From Deltaproteobacteria bacterium (GTDB lineage Bacteria; Myxococcota_A; UBA9160; SZUA-336): a stretch of 64,000 bases of DNA. This document shows, in pieces, positions 50,317 through 63,260 of this stretch (positions are counted from its first letter, which is position 1; each line of letters begins with the position of its first letter). The notes under the pieces are model-generated. The model saw nothing but the letters and a program-made list of their open reading frames with translations, did no database searches and was not told the origin of the DNA. Made by a program: the position numbers and the translations under genes. The DNA lies in NCBI GenBank assembly GCA_004356455.1, contig SMWZ01000029.1:12897-76896 (forward strand). Direction: 5' to 3'.

Positions 50317-50912
50317 GCCCTCCCCTCCTCTTCTTCTTGGCCGAGAGGCGGGAGACCATTGAACCGGTTCATCGCCTCGTCGATTCCGTCTTCCAGTATC
50401 GTGTCCAGAGCCTCGACGGCTCGATCAACTGTTTCCGAAAGTCGCTGCTTCTCATCACCGCGAACGGGTGCAAGCACGTGGTCTGCGGCCTGGCGCTGGC
50501 CCGCCGGCCGCCCCACCCCAATGCGGACACGCGGGAAACTTCCGGTGCCGACATGGTCTATGACGGACTCGACTCCCAGGTGTCCGCCCGAGCCGCCACG
50601 CGGCCGGATGCGAACATACCCTCGGGATAGATCGATGTCGTCGAAAACCAGAATGATGTCCTCGCCCTCGAGCGGGAGGTAGCGCACGGCCTCCCGTACG
50701 GCTTCGCCCGAGAGGTTCATGTACGTCTCGGGCTTCAAGAGCCCAATGTCCTCGCCGTACACGCGGCCCCTGCGAAACGAACCCTGGAACTTCCTGTTCT
50801 CCCCAGCCATATGGTGTCGCTCCGCAAACCGGTCGCAAACGAGAAAGCCCGCGTTATGCGGAGTCCCCCGATACCGGGTTCCGGGGTTCCCGAGGCCGAC
50901 AATCAGACGCAT
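50313..50912 (-). CDS. pth: Peptidyl-tRNA hydrolase
   Basis: [38 protein letters not shown]. Confidence 0.96.
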   Translation of the reverse strand: MRLIVGLGNPGTRYRGTPHNAGFLVCDRFAERHHMAGENRKFQGSFRRGRVYGEDIGLLKPETYMNLSGEAVREAVRYLPLEGEDIILVFDDIDLSRGYVRIRPRGGSGGHLGVESVIDHVGTGSFPRVRIGVGRPAGQRQAADHVLAPVRGDEKQRLSETVDRAVEALDTILEDGIDEAMNRFNGLPPLGQEEEEGRA

Positions 50913-50926
50913 CCCATGGGGCGCGC

Positions 50927-51607
50927 CTACTTGGCCGGCTTGGCAGCGCCCGCCTCCTCTTCAGTGGGCGCAGGCGTCGCCCCCTCCTCCGTCGCTGCCG
51001 CTGCCGCTTCTTCGCCCTCCGCGGGCGCCTCGGGCTCGGCGACTGCCTCCACGCGCGGTGCGCTCACCTGAGCCACTGTCAAGGAGCCGTCCGCGAGCGC
51101 TTCCACATCCTTGGGCAATTCGATGTCCCGCAGGTGGATAGTGTCTCCGATCTCCAGGTTCGACACGTCGATGGAGATCTTGTCGGGGATGGAGAACGGC
51201 AGACAGCTGACATCGATCTCCATGGCCGGCGTCTCGAAGATGCCTCCCTGCTGCTCGACCCCGCGGGGCCTGCCCTCAAAGTGGAACGGGACCGAGACGT
51301 GCAGCTTCTTCTTGGCGTCTACGGCGTAGACATCACAGTGCAGCAAGCGCTGCGATACCGGATCCCGTTGGACCTCCTTGAGCAGCGCCAGCTTGCCCTT
51401 GACCTCTTTCGGCCCTCTCAGGTCGAGCAAGGTGTTGGCCCCCGTACGCAGCACGCGCTCCAGACTCCGCCCGTCGATCACCAGCGACAGGGCCTCGACG
51501 CCAGTCCCGTACAGGACGGCGGGAACCGCACCCTGCGCGCGGAGCTTGCGCAGCGCCGACCGGCCGGCTGCCTCACGTACGCTGACTTCGAGCTTGAGCC
51601 TCTGCAC
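50927..51607 (-). CDS. rplY: 50S ribosomal protein L25/Ctc
   Basis: VPAVLYG, KEVQRDPV, H.D, GVEQQGG, IDVSNLEIGD. Confidence 0.95.
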   Translation of the reverse strand: MQRLKLEVSVREAAGRSALRKLRAQGAVPAVLYGTGVEALSLVIDGRSLERVLRTGANTLLDLRGPKEVKGKLALLKEVQRDPVSQRLLHCDVYAVDAKKKLHVSVPFHFEGRPRGVEQQGGIFETPAMEIDVSCLPFSIPDKISIDVSNLEIGDTIHLRDIELPKDVEALADGSLTVAQVSAPRVEAVAEPEAPAEGEEAAAAATEEGATPAPTEEEAGAAKPAK

Positions 51608-51631
51608 GCTTCGTCTCCCCAGAACCTGCCC

Positions 51632-52579
51632 TTATACGAAGAGCGAGCTCACCGATTCTTCATTGTGAATGCGCCGGATCGCCTCACCCAGGAGAGGCGA
51701 GACCGTCGTTACCGCGAAGCGCTCACTGGTCTCCGCCTCGGGCCGCAGCGGAATCGTGTCCGTGATCACGACCTTGTCCAGGAGGGACTCCTCGATCTCC
51801 TTTACCGCCTGCCCTGAGAGCACAGGGTGCGAGATCGCGGCCATGACACGGGTGGCACCCCCCTCCATGACCGCCCGCGCGGTCTTCGTCAGCGATCCGG
51901 CCGTGTCCACAATGTCGTCCACAATGACGGCGGTCCGATCCTTGACATCACCGACGATCCGCATCACTTCCGCCACATTGGGTTTCTCACGCCGCTTGTC
52001 GGCGATCGCAAGCTCCGCATTCAGCCGCTTCGCGAACGCGCGGGCGCGCTCCACGCCTCCCGCATCCGGCGAGATCACCGTCACCGGCTCGCCGATGGGA
52101 ATGAGCTTGCGCACCTCGTCCAGCAGGACCGGCATGGCGAAGAGGTTGTCCACCGGGATGTTGAAGAAGCCCTGGATCTGTCCCGCGTGCAGGTCCAGGC
52201 ACAGCACCCGACTCGCCCCTGCGGTGGTGATGAGGTCGGCCATGAGCTTGGCGGTGATCGGCGAGCGGGGCTTCACCTTGCGGTCCTGCCGCCCGTAACC
52301 GTAGTAAGGAATCACGGCGGTGATGCGCTTGGCGGAGGCGCGACGGAGCGTGTCCAGCAGAATCAGCAACTCCATGATGTTGGTGTTGGCCGGGGCGCAG
52401 GTCGATTGGATCACGAACACGTCCATGCCCCGAACGTTCTCTCCGAGCTCGACGCTGGTCTCGCCGTCGCTGAAGTGCTTCACCTCGGCCTGACCGAGCT
52501 CGACGTCCAGGTAGTCACAGATCGCCTGGGCCATACGTGCGTTCGCATTCCCCGTGAAGATCTTGACGGTTCGGGTCAT
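51632..52579 (-). CDS. prs: Ribose-phosphate pyrophosphokinase
   Basis: FSDGE, PYYGYGRQDRK, DLHAGQIQGFF, SPDAGGV, VDDIVDTAGS. Confidence 0.97.
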   Translation of the reverse strand: MTRTVKIFTGNANARMAQAICDYLDVELGQAEVKHFSDGETSVELGENVRGMDVFVIQSTCAPANTNIMELLILLDTLRRASAKRITAVIPYYGYGRQDRKVKPRSPITAKLMADLITTAGASRVLCLDLHAGQIQGFFNIPVDNLFAMPVLLDEVRKLIPIGEPVTVISPDAGGVERARAFAKRLNAELAIADKRREKPNVAEVMRIVGDVKDRTAVIVDDIVDTAGSLTKTARAVMEGGATRVMAAISHPVLSGQAVKEIEESLLDKVVITDTIPLRPEAETSERFAVTTVSPLLGEAIRRIHNEESVSSLFV

Positions 52580-52637
52580 GGCTGCCTCGTTTGCCCTCCC
52601 CCACCTCCCCGCGTCGGCCTGCCTGAGCTTGCCGGCC

Positions 52638-52712
52638 TGGCTGGGGCGGCAGGATTCGAACCTGCGAATGACGGGTCCAAAGCCCGTTGCCTTACCACTT
52701 GGCGACGCCCCA
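52638..52712 (-). tRNA. tRNA-Gln(UUG)
   Basis: TGGGGCG acceptor stem pairing with CGCCCCA-G-CCA, D loop AAGTGGTAA, anticodon loop CT-TTG-GA, GGTTCGAATCC. Confidence 0.97.
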
Positions 52713-53573
52713 TCCCCAGTTACCGGAGTCACTCCCGGGGGAGCTCACCACTCTTGTCTCCACTCCTCGAGGCAGCTTAACGATCGCTGCCCCCCGCTCC
52801 GTTGCCGCCCGATCCGGAAACCCCCCGTACACCGTGGGTCCGCTGCCGCTCATCCCCGTGACCGTCGCGCCCGCGCGCTCCAATGCGCGCCGCGCGGCCC
52901 CGATCTCCGGGTGGCGCCGCGCCACGGCTGTCTCGAGGTCATTGAGCGGCGAGGAGATCACCCCGGAAGGCCCCAGGAGCGACGCGATACTAGATCCATC
53001 CCGCGGGAGCGTCAATTCGGCGGAGGCCGCCCGGTAGGCAGCGGCCGTAGCGATCGGGAAGGGCAGCAGCAGCAGCAGCCACCATAGCTCCGGAACCCCC
53101 GGGATGGGCTCGAGCCGCTCTCCCACGCCCCGCCCCGTGGCGGGGCGGGGATCCAGGAAGAAGGGGACGTCCGCCCCGAGCTGGAGCGCCAGCCCCTGTC
53201 GGGTCGCGGCGTCCAGCGACTTCCCGGAGAGCTCTTCGACCGCCAGGATCAGAGCGGCGGCATCAGAGGAGCCCCCTCCCAGGCCAGCGGCGATGGGGAT
53301 CCGCTTCTCCAGGCGGATCTTCAGCGCGGGCTCGAGTCCGGTGGCCTGGCAGGCCAGCTCGGCGCCACGCCCAGCCAGGTTCCGGCGATCGGTCGGGAGT
53401 AGGGCCCCCCGCACGTCCAGCTGTATGCCCGGCGTCTCGCTGCACTCCACCGCGATCTCGTCGAAGAGGCGCAGCGGCAGAAACACGGTCTCGATCTCAT
53501 GGTAGCCATCGGCGCGGCGCGCGAGGATGCGCAGCCCCAGGTTGAGCTTGGCCGGCGCCCGGAGCGAGAGCAT
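52692..53573 (-). CDS. ispE: 4-diphosphocytidyl-2-C-methyl-D-erythritol kinase
   Basis: APAKLNLGL, GYHEIET, KRIPIAAGLGGGSSDAA, GADVPFF, NDLE, MSGSGPT. Confidence 0.96.
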   Translation of the reverse strand: MLSLRAPAKLNLGLRILARRADGYHEIETVFLPLRLFDEIAVECSETPGIQLDVRGALLPTDRRNLAGRGAELACQATGLEPALKIRLEKRIPIAAGLGGGSSDAAALILAVEELSGKSLDAATRQGLALQLGADVPFFLDPRPATGRGVGERLEPIPGVPELWWLLLLLPFPIATAAAYRAASAELTLPRDGSSIASLLGPSGVISSPLNDLETAVARRHPEIGAARRALERAGATVTGMSGSGPTVYGGFPDRAATERGAAIVKLPRGVETRVVSSPGSDSGNWGWGVAKW

Positions 53574-53741
53574 CTAGTGTTCTATTCCGGGAGTTCCAAC
53601 GCAATTCTTGCAGCCGAGGCAGCGCGCTCGCAAGGCGCGAGAGCGAGGCAAATCCGTAGCTTCAGCGAGCGCGTGCAACGCTACGAGCGTGGCTGCAGCA
53701 GCCGCCGAAAATGCGAGCGAACTTCCGGAACAGGACACTAG
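53574..53741. mobile_element. 168-bp CTAG-flanked MITE-like element (type 1)
   Basis: Ends CTAGTGTTCTATTCCGGGAGTTC / GAACTTCCGGAACAGGACACTAG (20/23 inverted); long imperfect hairpin; homologous copy in opposite orientation at 55933-56281. Confidence 0.88.
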
Positions 53742-53744
53742 CCG

Positions 53745-54077
53745 CTAGCGCTCTTTTTCGTGGCTCTCGACGTAGCGCAGGCGGAGATCGTGCAGCACGC
53801 TCTCCAGCAGATGCAGCTCCTCGGGCTCCAGGTTTCCCTGGGTCTTCACGTGCAGCATCTCCAGGATATCAATGGTCTGGCGCGCCAGCTCCAGGTTGGG
53901 GGCGGGCGCCTCACCACCCTCCGCGCTCGGCACCAAGCCCAGGTGGACGGCGGCCGAGGTGGAGAGGGACAGCACGAAGGCCCCGAACGTCATTGACTCC
54001 GGTGGCGCGGCCGAGGCCGACTCCTGTGGATCCCCCACCAGCTGGAAGCCGCGCTCGCTCTCCTCCTCGGATCCCAC
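53745..54077 (-). CDS. DUF1844 domain protein
   Basis: F..FVLSL..SAAVHLG, NLELARQTIDILEML..KT.GNL..EE..LL..VL.DLRLRYV. Confidence 0.88.
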   Translation of the reverse strand: MGSEEESERGFQLVGDPQESASAAPPESMTFGAFVLSLSTSAAVHLGLVPSAEGGEAPAPNLELARQTIDILEMLHVKTQGNLEPEELHLLESVLHDLRLRYVESHEKER

Positions 54078-54698
54078 CTACGTAACGTCGGCCCGGGTCG
54101 GATCCTCGCCTGTGCGGTCGAGCTCCCGCAGCAGGCGGCGCGCCACCACCAGGCGTTGGACCGTGGTCACGGTCGCTCCGAGCGCGACGCCCCACAGCGC
54201 CAGCTCGAGCCAGCCCGTGAGCGAACCCAGAATGATCAAAACCATGCGCTCGCCGCGCTCCATGAAGCCGATACTGAAATGAGCCAGGTGCCGTTCGGCC
54301 CGGGCGCGGGTGTAGCTCGTCATGACCGATCCGGTCAGCGCCCAGCACACCAGCAGCACGCCAAAGGCATCTCCGCTCAGCGCCATGCCGAGGGCCATGC
54401 CGCTGAACACGAAGAGATCGGCCAGGCGGTCCATCGAGGAATCGAAGAAGCCACCACTGGTACCGGAACAGCCCTGGGAACGCGCCACGACCCCGTCGAT
54501 CAAGTCGAAGAAGCCTGCCACCCCGAGCGCCAGGCCGGCCCAGACCAGATGACCCGTGGCAAACAGAGCGGCTGCCAGCAGGGACACACTCACCCCCAGC
54601 AGGGTGAGCGTGTCGGGGCGAACCCGAATCCGCGAGACAAAAGGGAACACGCCCAGCACAACGCGGTCGAAGTCGGCCCCGAGTCGAGCCTTGATCAC
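54078..54698 (-). CDS. CDP-alcohol phosphatidyltransferase (PIP-synthase-like)
   Basis: PDTLT, DLIDGVVAR..G..G.FFDS..DR..D, SYTRARAE, G.MER.ER; GTG start. Confidence 0.88.
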   Translation of the reverse strand: MIKARLGADFDRVVLGVFPFVSRIRVRPDTLTLLGVSVSLLAAALFATGHLVWAGLALGVAGFFDLIDGVVARSQGCSGTSGGFFDSSMDRLADLFVFSGMALGMALSGDAFGVLLVCWALTGSVMTSYTRARAERHLAHFSIGFMERGERMVLIILGSLTGWLELALWGVALGATVTTVQRLVVARRLLRELDRTGEDPTRADVT

Positions 54699-54708
54699 GT
54701 TGTTGGCC

Positions 54709-54981
54709 TCAGGCCTCGGGTTCGATCGGAACGACCGGCGGCGGCGGCGGCGGCGGCTCGTTCGGCTCCAGCAGCGCCCGCTCGATGCGCTTGGAGCGGT
54801 TGCGCTGCTCGTCCTCGAGCTCCTCCCGCAGACGCGCGAGCTCGTCGTCGTCCGCTTGGTGCACGTTCGAGGCAAGGTCGGGAAGCGCTTGCACAGACGC
54901 CTCGAGCGCCTTGCGTGAAAGCTGGCCCTGGCGCAACTCCCGCTCCTGAAGGCGCTTATCCAGCGCTTTCGCAGCCGTCAT
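54709..54981 (-). CDS. Small hypothetical protein (Pro-rich C-terminus)
   Basis: ATG after GGAG; DKRLQERELRQG.LSR...LPDLA, poly-Pro tail. Confidence 0.65.
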   Translation of the reverse strand: MTAAKALDKRLQERELRQGQLSRKALEASVQALPDLASNVHQADDDELARLREELEDEQRNRSKRIERALLEPNEPPPPPPPVVPIEPEA

Positions 54982-55058
54982 ATTCACTCCTTTCGGCCCG
55001 ATCCCCGGGTGGCGGGCGAAAGAGTCTAACAACGGCTACCGCCTCATGCCCGTCTGCG

Positions 55059-55087
55059 TTGACAACCCCACCCGCCTGGCTTAAGTT
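55059..55087 (+). promoter_or_regulatory. Sigma70 promoter for bamD
   Basis: TTGACA-N17-TAAGTT. Confidence 0.6.
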
Positions 55088-55097
55088 GATAAAACCG

Positions 55098-55928
55098 TTG
55101 ATAGATCAACTACTTAGGGAAAAACACCGACACTGGGGGGTGATCTTCGTGCTGGGGCTGATCGTGGCCGCGGGCTGCGCGAGCGCGCCTCCGGACGAGG
55201 AGATTCCGTCGGCCGAGAGCTACTACCGGCGCGGGCTGGAGCTGCTCGAGGGCCAGCGCGTCTTCCTTTTCTTTCACGATGTGAACTATCCACGCGCGAT
55301 CGAGTATTTCCAGGAGGTGATCGACAACTATCCCTACAGCGACTACGCCACGCTGGCGGAGCTGAAGCTCGCGGACGTGCACTTCCAGCAGGGACATTAC
55401 GAGGAGGCGGCGAGCTACTACCAGGACTTCGTCGAGCTCCACCCCACGCATCCCCAGGTCCCCTACTCCATCTTCCGCCACGGGATGTGCTCTTTCGAGG
55501 AGATCGGCGACGTCGGTCGGGACCAAACGCCGACGCTGGACGCACTGGCGCAGTTTCGTGTGCTGCTCGACCGCTATCCCAACTCGGAGCACGCGGACGA
55601 TGCGCGCGTACGGCTCGGCCAGGCCATCGACCAGCTGGCCCGCCACGACATCGAGGTCGGCGACTTCTACTACCGCCGCGGGGACTATTATGCGGCCTCG
55701 CGACGTTACCGCCAGGCGCTGGAGATGTATCCGGATCACAGCGAGCGCGTAACGACCCTGGTTCGTCTGGGCCGTTCGCTGATGGGTCTGCAGCTGTACG
55801 CCGAGGCCGAGCGAATCTACCAGCAAGCGCTGGACGCGCGTCCCCCGGGCGGGCTTCGGAATAACGACCGGAAAGAGCTCAGGGAGTTCGGCGAGGACCT
55901 CTGGAACGCCCGCAAGGAAGCCAGCTGA
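55098..55928 (+). CDS. bamD: Outer membrane protein assembly factor BamD
   Basis: Lipobox AAGC, YPYSDYA..AEL..AD, F..LHPTHP.VPY, RDQTPT, YPNS, LARHDIEVG.FY; start uncertain. Confidence 0.9.
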   Translation: MIDQLLREKHRHWGVIFVLGLIVAAGCASAPPDEEIPSAESYYRRGLELLEGQRVFLFFHDVNYPRAIEYFQEVIDNYPYSDYATLAELKLADVHFQQGHYEEAASYYQDFVELHPTHPQVPYSIFRHGMCSFEEIGDVGRDQTPTLDALAQFRVLLDRYPNSEHADDARVRLGQAIDQLARHDIEVGDFYYRRGDYYAASRRYRQALEMYPDHSERVTTLVRLGRSLMGLQLYAEAERIYQQALDARPPGGLRNNDRKELREFGEDLWNARKEAS

Positions 55929-55932
55929 GCGC

Positions 55933-56277
55933 CTAGTATCCTGTTCCGGAAGTTCGCTCGCATGCTCGGCGACCGCTGCATCCGCGCTTGCGGCGTTGCA
56001 CGCGCTTGCCGAAGTGAGCCTGGATTTCTCACCGGGTTGCCGTAGCGAGGGTGCCAAGTGTGCGTCAGATCGGGCCGCGCGCAGGCCGAGGCACCGGAAA
56101 CGTATTGGACAATAGGTTGAGGAGCCGAGGCCGAGCATGGGCCGAGATGGCGTGCAATGGGCGGCCGCAGTAGGCCACCGGGCGAGATATCCAGGCTAGG
56201 GATTCGCCGCGCTCGCGCGCCTTGATAGCGCGGCGCGTCGGCCGCGAGAACTGCGTCGGAACTCCCGGAACAGAACA

Positions 56278-56281
<4 letters not shown>
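55933..56281. mobile_element. Type-1 MITE-like element carrying a nested insertion
   Basis: 82-nt arms (55933-56014, 56200-56281) align with the 53574-53741 element; right CTAG contains the alaS stop. Confidence 0.88.
56015..56199. mobile_element. Nested hairpin element (type 2), 177-bp core
   Basis: TGAG-CCTGGATTTCTCACC...GGGCGAGATATCCAGG-CTAG inverted ends; central TATTG-GA-CAATA hairpin apex. Confidence 0.75.
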
Positions 56282-58893
<2,612 letters not shown>

Positions 58894-58943
58894 CGCGAGA
58901 GAGGATACCAGCAGCCCGGCCTGCCGCTAATCAGTAGCCCGGC

Positions 58944-60116
58944 TCAGAAGCGATCGACCTTGAGGCTCGGGTCCTCGGTGATGTTGATCTCTGAGTCCTC
59001 GGACGACTTCTCGAAGTCCTCCCAGGTGCCGTCCGAGGTGGCGGAGATGCCCTTGAAACGCAGCGCGAAGTCGTCCGGGTTCGAGACGTAGCGCAGGCAG
59101 TCCTCGTACTTGACGAGTCCGCGCTTGAGCAGCGACATCAGCGATTGGTCGAAGGTCTGCATACTGTAGGTCGTGAACCCCTTCGCGATCGCGTCGGGGA
59201 TTTCCTTGTTACGCTCCGGGTCCGCAATGCACTCGCGGATGCGCGCGGTCGAGACCATGATCTCGACCGCCGGAACCCGGCCCTTGCCATCGGCTCGCGG
59301 AACCAGGCGCTGGCTCACGATCCCCGAAATGATGCTCGCGAGCTGGTGCCGGACCTGGACCTGCTGATGGGGCGGGAAGGCCGAGACGATGCGGGTGATG
59401 GTCTCGGCGGCGTCGATCGTATGCAGGGTGGACATCACCAGGTGCCCGGTCTCGGCCGCCGTCATGGCGGTCTCGATGGTCTCGTAATCGCGCATCTCAC
59501 CCACCAGGATCACGTCGGGATCCTGGCGCAGGGCTGCGCGCAGGGCGCGCGCGAAGCCCGTGGTGTCCACACCGATCTCGCGCTGATTGATGATCGAGCG
59601 CTTGTCGCGGATGAGGAACTCGATGGGATCCTCGATCGTCATGATGTGGCAGGTCTTGTGGGTGTTGATGTAGTCGATCATGGCGGCCAGTGTCGTCGAC
59701 TTGCCGGATCCGGTCGTGCCTGTCACCAGAATCAGCCCCCGGGGCTCCAGGGCGATCCGCTCCAAAATCTTGGGCAGCTCCAGCTGTTGAAGGGTCCTCA
59801 CGCCGAAGGGGATCACGCGGAAGACGATCCCGATCGTGCCCCGCTGCCTGAAGGCGTTGACGCGAAAGCGACCGACCCCGGCGATGGAGTAGGCCAGGTC
59901 CACCTCGTGGAACTTGTCGAAGTGAGCCTTCTGGACGGGGGTCATGATGGCGGCGAGCATGCGCTCCAGCTGCTCGCCCGTCAGTCGTTTGCTCTTGAGC
60001 GGTACCAGCGCCCCATCGATGCGGAACAGGGGCGGCAGACCCGCCTTGAGGTGGATATCCGATGCCTCGCCTGTGACCGCAGGCCTCAGAATGTCGTTGA
60101 GCTTCACATCCGCCAT
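58944..60116 (-). CDS. pilT: Type IV pilus twitching-motility ATPase PilT family
   Basis: ASDIHL, GRFRVNAF.QRG, GTTGSGKSTT, TIEDPIE, ALRQDPDVILVGEMRD, TGHLV.STLH. Confidence 0.93.
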   Translation of the reverse strand: MADVKLNDILRPAVTGEASDIHLKAGLPPLFRIDGALVPLKSKRLTGEQLERMLAAIMTPVQKAHFDKFHEVDLAYSIAGVGRFRVNAFRQRGTIGIVFRVIPFGVRTLQQLELPKILERIALEPRGLILVTGTTGSGKSTTLAAMIDYINTHKTCHIMTIEDPIEFLIRDKRSIINQREIGVDTTGFARALRAALRQDPDVILVGEMRDYETIETAMTAAETGHLVMSTLHTIDAAETITRIVSAFPPHQQVQVRHQLASIISGIVSQRLVPRADGKGRVPAVEIMVSTARIRECIADPERNKEIPDAIAKGFTTYSMQTFDQSLMSLLKRGLVKYEDCLRYVSNPDDFALRFKGISATSDGTWEDFEKSSEDSEINITEDPSLKVDRF

Positions 60117-60252
60117 CTGCTCTCCTGCCGACGCAGTCGGAGCTTGCGGGTGGATCGACCCAACTGACTGATTTCTTGATGTATCGGGCCAAGTCCCGAG
60201 GCCCAAAATCTCCGGACGAAATCCGGCACAGAAAGGAATGTGGCCCGGGCGC

Positions 60253-60269
60253 CAGGAACAGGTGTTCAG
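60253..60269 (-). promoter_or_regulatory. Candidate LexA (SOS) box
   Basis: CTGAACACCTGTTCCTG: GAAC-N4-GTTC core; 15/17 to the Myxococcus consensus CTRHAMRYBYGTTCAGS as I recall it. Confidence 0.45.
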
Positions 60270-60295
60270 ATACGGACCGCCCTGGGACCCCTTGC

Positions 60296-61348
<1,053 letters not shown>

Positions 61349-61359
61349 TTCGTTCTCTC

Positions 61360-61959
61360 CTAAGTGTCCGGGGTAAAGTTGGGTGGTTGAGCTTCCGCCC
61401 TCTGGAGGGGAAGACGGGCCAGGGGTACGTAGCAAGCACCGGTGGGGGAGAGCCGACTCTCATAGAGTACGACTTCCTCGACGAAAAAAGGCTTTGCGTC
61501 GGGACAGGCAACTGCGCTGAACGCTAGCGGGGCGGGCTGACGCAGGCGTCCCAGCGTGAGATGGGTGCGGAAGGGCCGCCGCTCCCGCTCTACGCCGATC
61601 CGGGCCGCGGCCGCGTCCAGCTTGCGCGCCAGCCGTGCGAGCTCGGGGCCTCCGGCCTGAACACCGAGCCAGACCACCCGTGCGCGGCGCGCGTTGGGGA
61701 AGGCGCCCAGCCCTCCGAGCATCACCTCGAACCCACCCACGCGCTCGAGCTTGGCGGTCGAGGCGGCGATCAGCTTGGGAATACGATCGGGCTCGACGTC
61801 GCCCAGGAACTTGAGCGTCAGGTGCAGGTTCTCCGCGGGCACCCAGCGCACGCCATCGGGCGCCCCCTGGCGCAGCTGCGCCATGACCTGCGCGGCCTGG
61901 GCACGCGCGTGCGGCGCCAGATCCACGGCCAGGAAGCTACGTAGGGGGTCCGCGCTCAC
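61360..61959 (-). CDS. thpR: RNA 2',3'-cyclic phosphodiesterase
   Basis: HLTLKFLG and HLTLGR 2H motifs. Confidence 0.93.
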   Translation of the reverse strand: MSADPLRSFLAVDLAPHARAQAAQVMAQLRQGAPDGVRWVPAENLHLTLKFLGDVEPDRIPKLIAASTAKLERVGGFEVMLGGLGAFPNARRARVVWLGVQAGGPELARLARKLDAAAARIGVERERRPFRTHLTLGRLRQPAPLAFSAVACPDAKPFFVEEVVLYESRLSPTGACYVPLARLPLQRAEAQPPNFTPDT

Positions 61960-63260
61960 GAACCACCTCCCCCCGTGCCGCGCAGGCGCGGAAAGGTCTC
62001 CTGCCCGATCTCGAGCCCGAGCAGTCGGCGCCGGACCCAGTCCAGGGCCAGCTGGCTGGCCAGGAGCTTGTTACGGGTACGGTCGCGCATGAGCTGGTAA
62101 CGACGGACCACAGTCCCTTCTGCATCGGAGAGCGCGACGCACACCGTACCCACAGGCTTCTCCGGGCTGCCGCCGCCAGGTCCCGCGATGCCGGTCGTGG
62201 CCAGCCCGAGGTCGGTGCCCGCGCGCCGTCGCACCCCCTCCGCCATCTGCTGGGCCACGGGCTCCGAGACGGCGCCGTGCGCCTTAAGGTCCGCGGCCGA
62301 CACACCGAGCTCGCGCACCTTAGACTCGTCGGCGTAGCTCACCACGGCCTCGACCAGATACTGCGAGCTGCCCGGAACGTCGGTGATGCGACTGGTCAAG
62401 AGCCCGCCCGTGCAGGACTCGGCCACGGCCAGGGTAAGGTGCCGCTCGCGCAGCAGCTCGCCCACGATCTCCTCGAGCGGGCGCTCTCCCTCGCCCAGCA
62501 CAAGCTCGCCGAGCTTCGCGTGGATGCGGTCGACTACGTCGCGCAGCTTCTTCTCCGCCTCGGCCTCATCGGCCGCACGCACAAGCACCCGCACCAGATT
62601 GTCCGGGAACTGCGTGCGAAATCCGAGCGTCACGTCGGGATCGCTGCGCGCCAGATCCCGCAGCTCGTGATCGAGCGTAGACTCCCCGAGGCCGAAGGTG
62701 CGCAGCAGCAGCGCCCTCACCACGCCTCCGCGGCCGAGCTGCGCCTCGATGCGCGGCAGGATCTCCTCGTCGGTCATGCGCTGGAGCTCGCGCGGAACCC
62801 CGGGCGTGAAGAAGAGCAGCGCGCCCTCCGCCTGTAGCATGAATCCGGGCGCGGTGCCGAGCGGGTTGGGGAGCACCTCGGCACCCTCCGGGAAATCCGC
62901 CTGCTTGGCGTTGTTCGCGGCCATCTCGCGCCCGAGCGAGTGGAAGAAGGCGCGGATCTCCTTGAGCACCACCGCGTCGCGCAGCAGGCGTCGGCCGAAC
63001 GCGCGCGCAGCAACCTCGGTGGTGATGTCGTCGCGGGTTGGCCCCAGGCCCCCCGAGACCAGCACGACGCGCGCGCGGGACGCGGCCTCGCGTAGCACCT
63101 CCTCGATCGCGGCCGGGTCGTCCGGCACGGACACGTGGCGGGCGCTCTCCAGATCCAGCCGCAGCAAGCGGTCGGAGAAGAACGACTTGTTCGAGTCGAC
63201 GATCTCGCCCCGCAAGAGCTCATCGCCGATCGTGACGATCCACGCGTCCGCTCGCGTCAC
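61956..63260 (-). CDS. cinA: Competence/damage-inducible protein CinA (NMN deamidase fusion)
   Basis: IGDELLRG, GGLGPT.DD, PGVP.E, AESCTGG, GAVSEPVA..MAEG, TGIAGPGGG. Confidence 0.95.
   Translation of the reverse strand: MTRADAWIVTIGDELLRGEIVDSNKSFFSDRLLRLDLESARHVSVPDDPAAIEEVLREAASRARVVLVSGGLGPTRDDITTEVAARAFGRRLLRDAVVLKEIRAFFHSLGREMAANNAKQADFPEGAEVLPNPLGTAPGFMLQAEGALLFFTPGVPRELQRMTDEEILPRIEAQLGRGGVVRALLLRTFGLGESTLDHELRDLARSDPDVTLGFRTQFPDNLVRVLVRAADEAEAEKKLRDVVDRIHAKLGELVLGEGERPLEEIVGELLRERHLTLAVAESCTGGLLTSRITDVPGSSQYLVEAVVSYADESKVRELGVSAADLKAHGAVSEPVAQQMAEGVRRRAGTDLGLATTGIAGPGGGSPEKPVGTVCVALSDAEGTVVRRYQLMRDRTRNKLLASQLALDWVRRRLLGLEIGQETFPRLRGTGGGGS

Noticed and set aside
52580..52732. N-terminal extension of Prs in the ORF track
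   Set aside because: Runs through tRNA-Gln; homology begins at ATG 52579
54156..55097. Long N-terminal extension of BamD (590-aa ORF)
   Set aside because: Overlaps two minus-strand genes; promoter at 55059 and lipobox place the start near 55098
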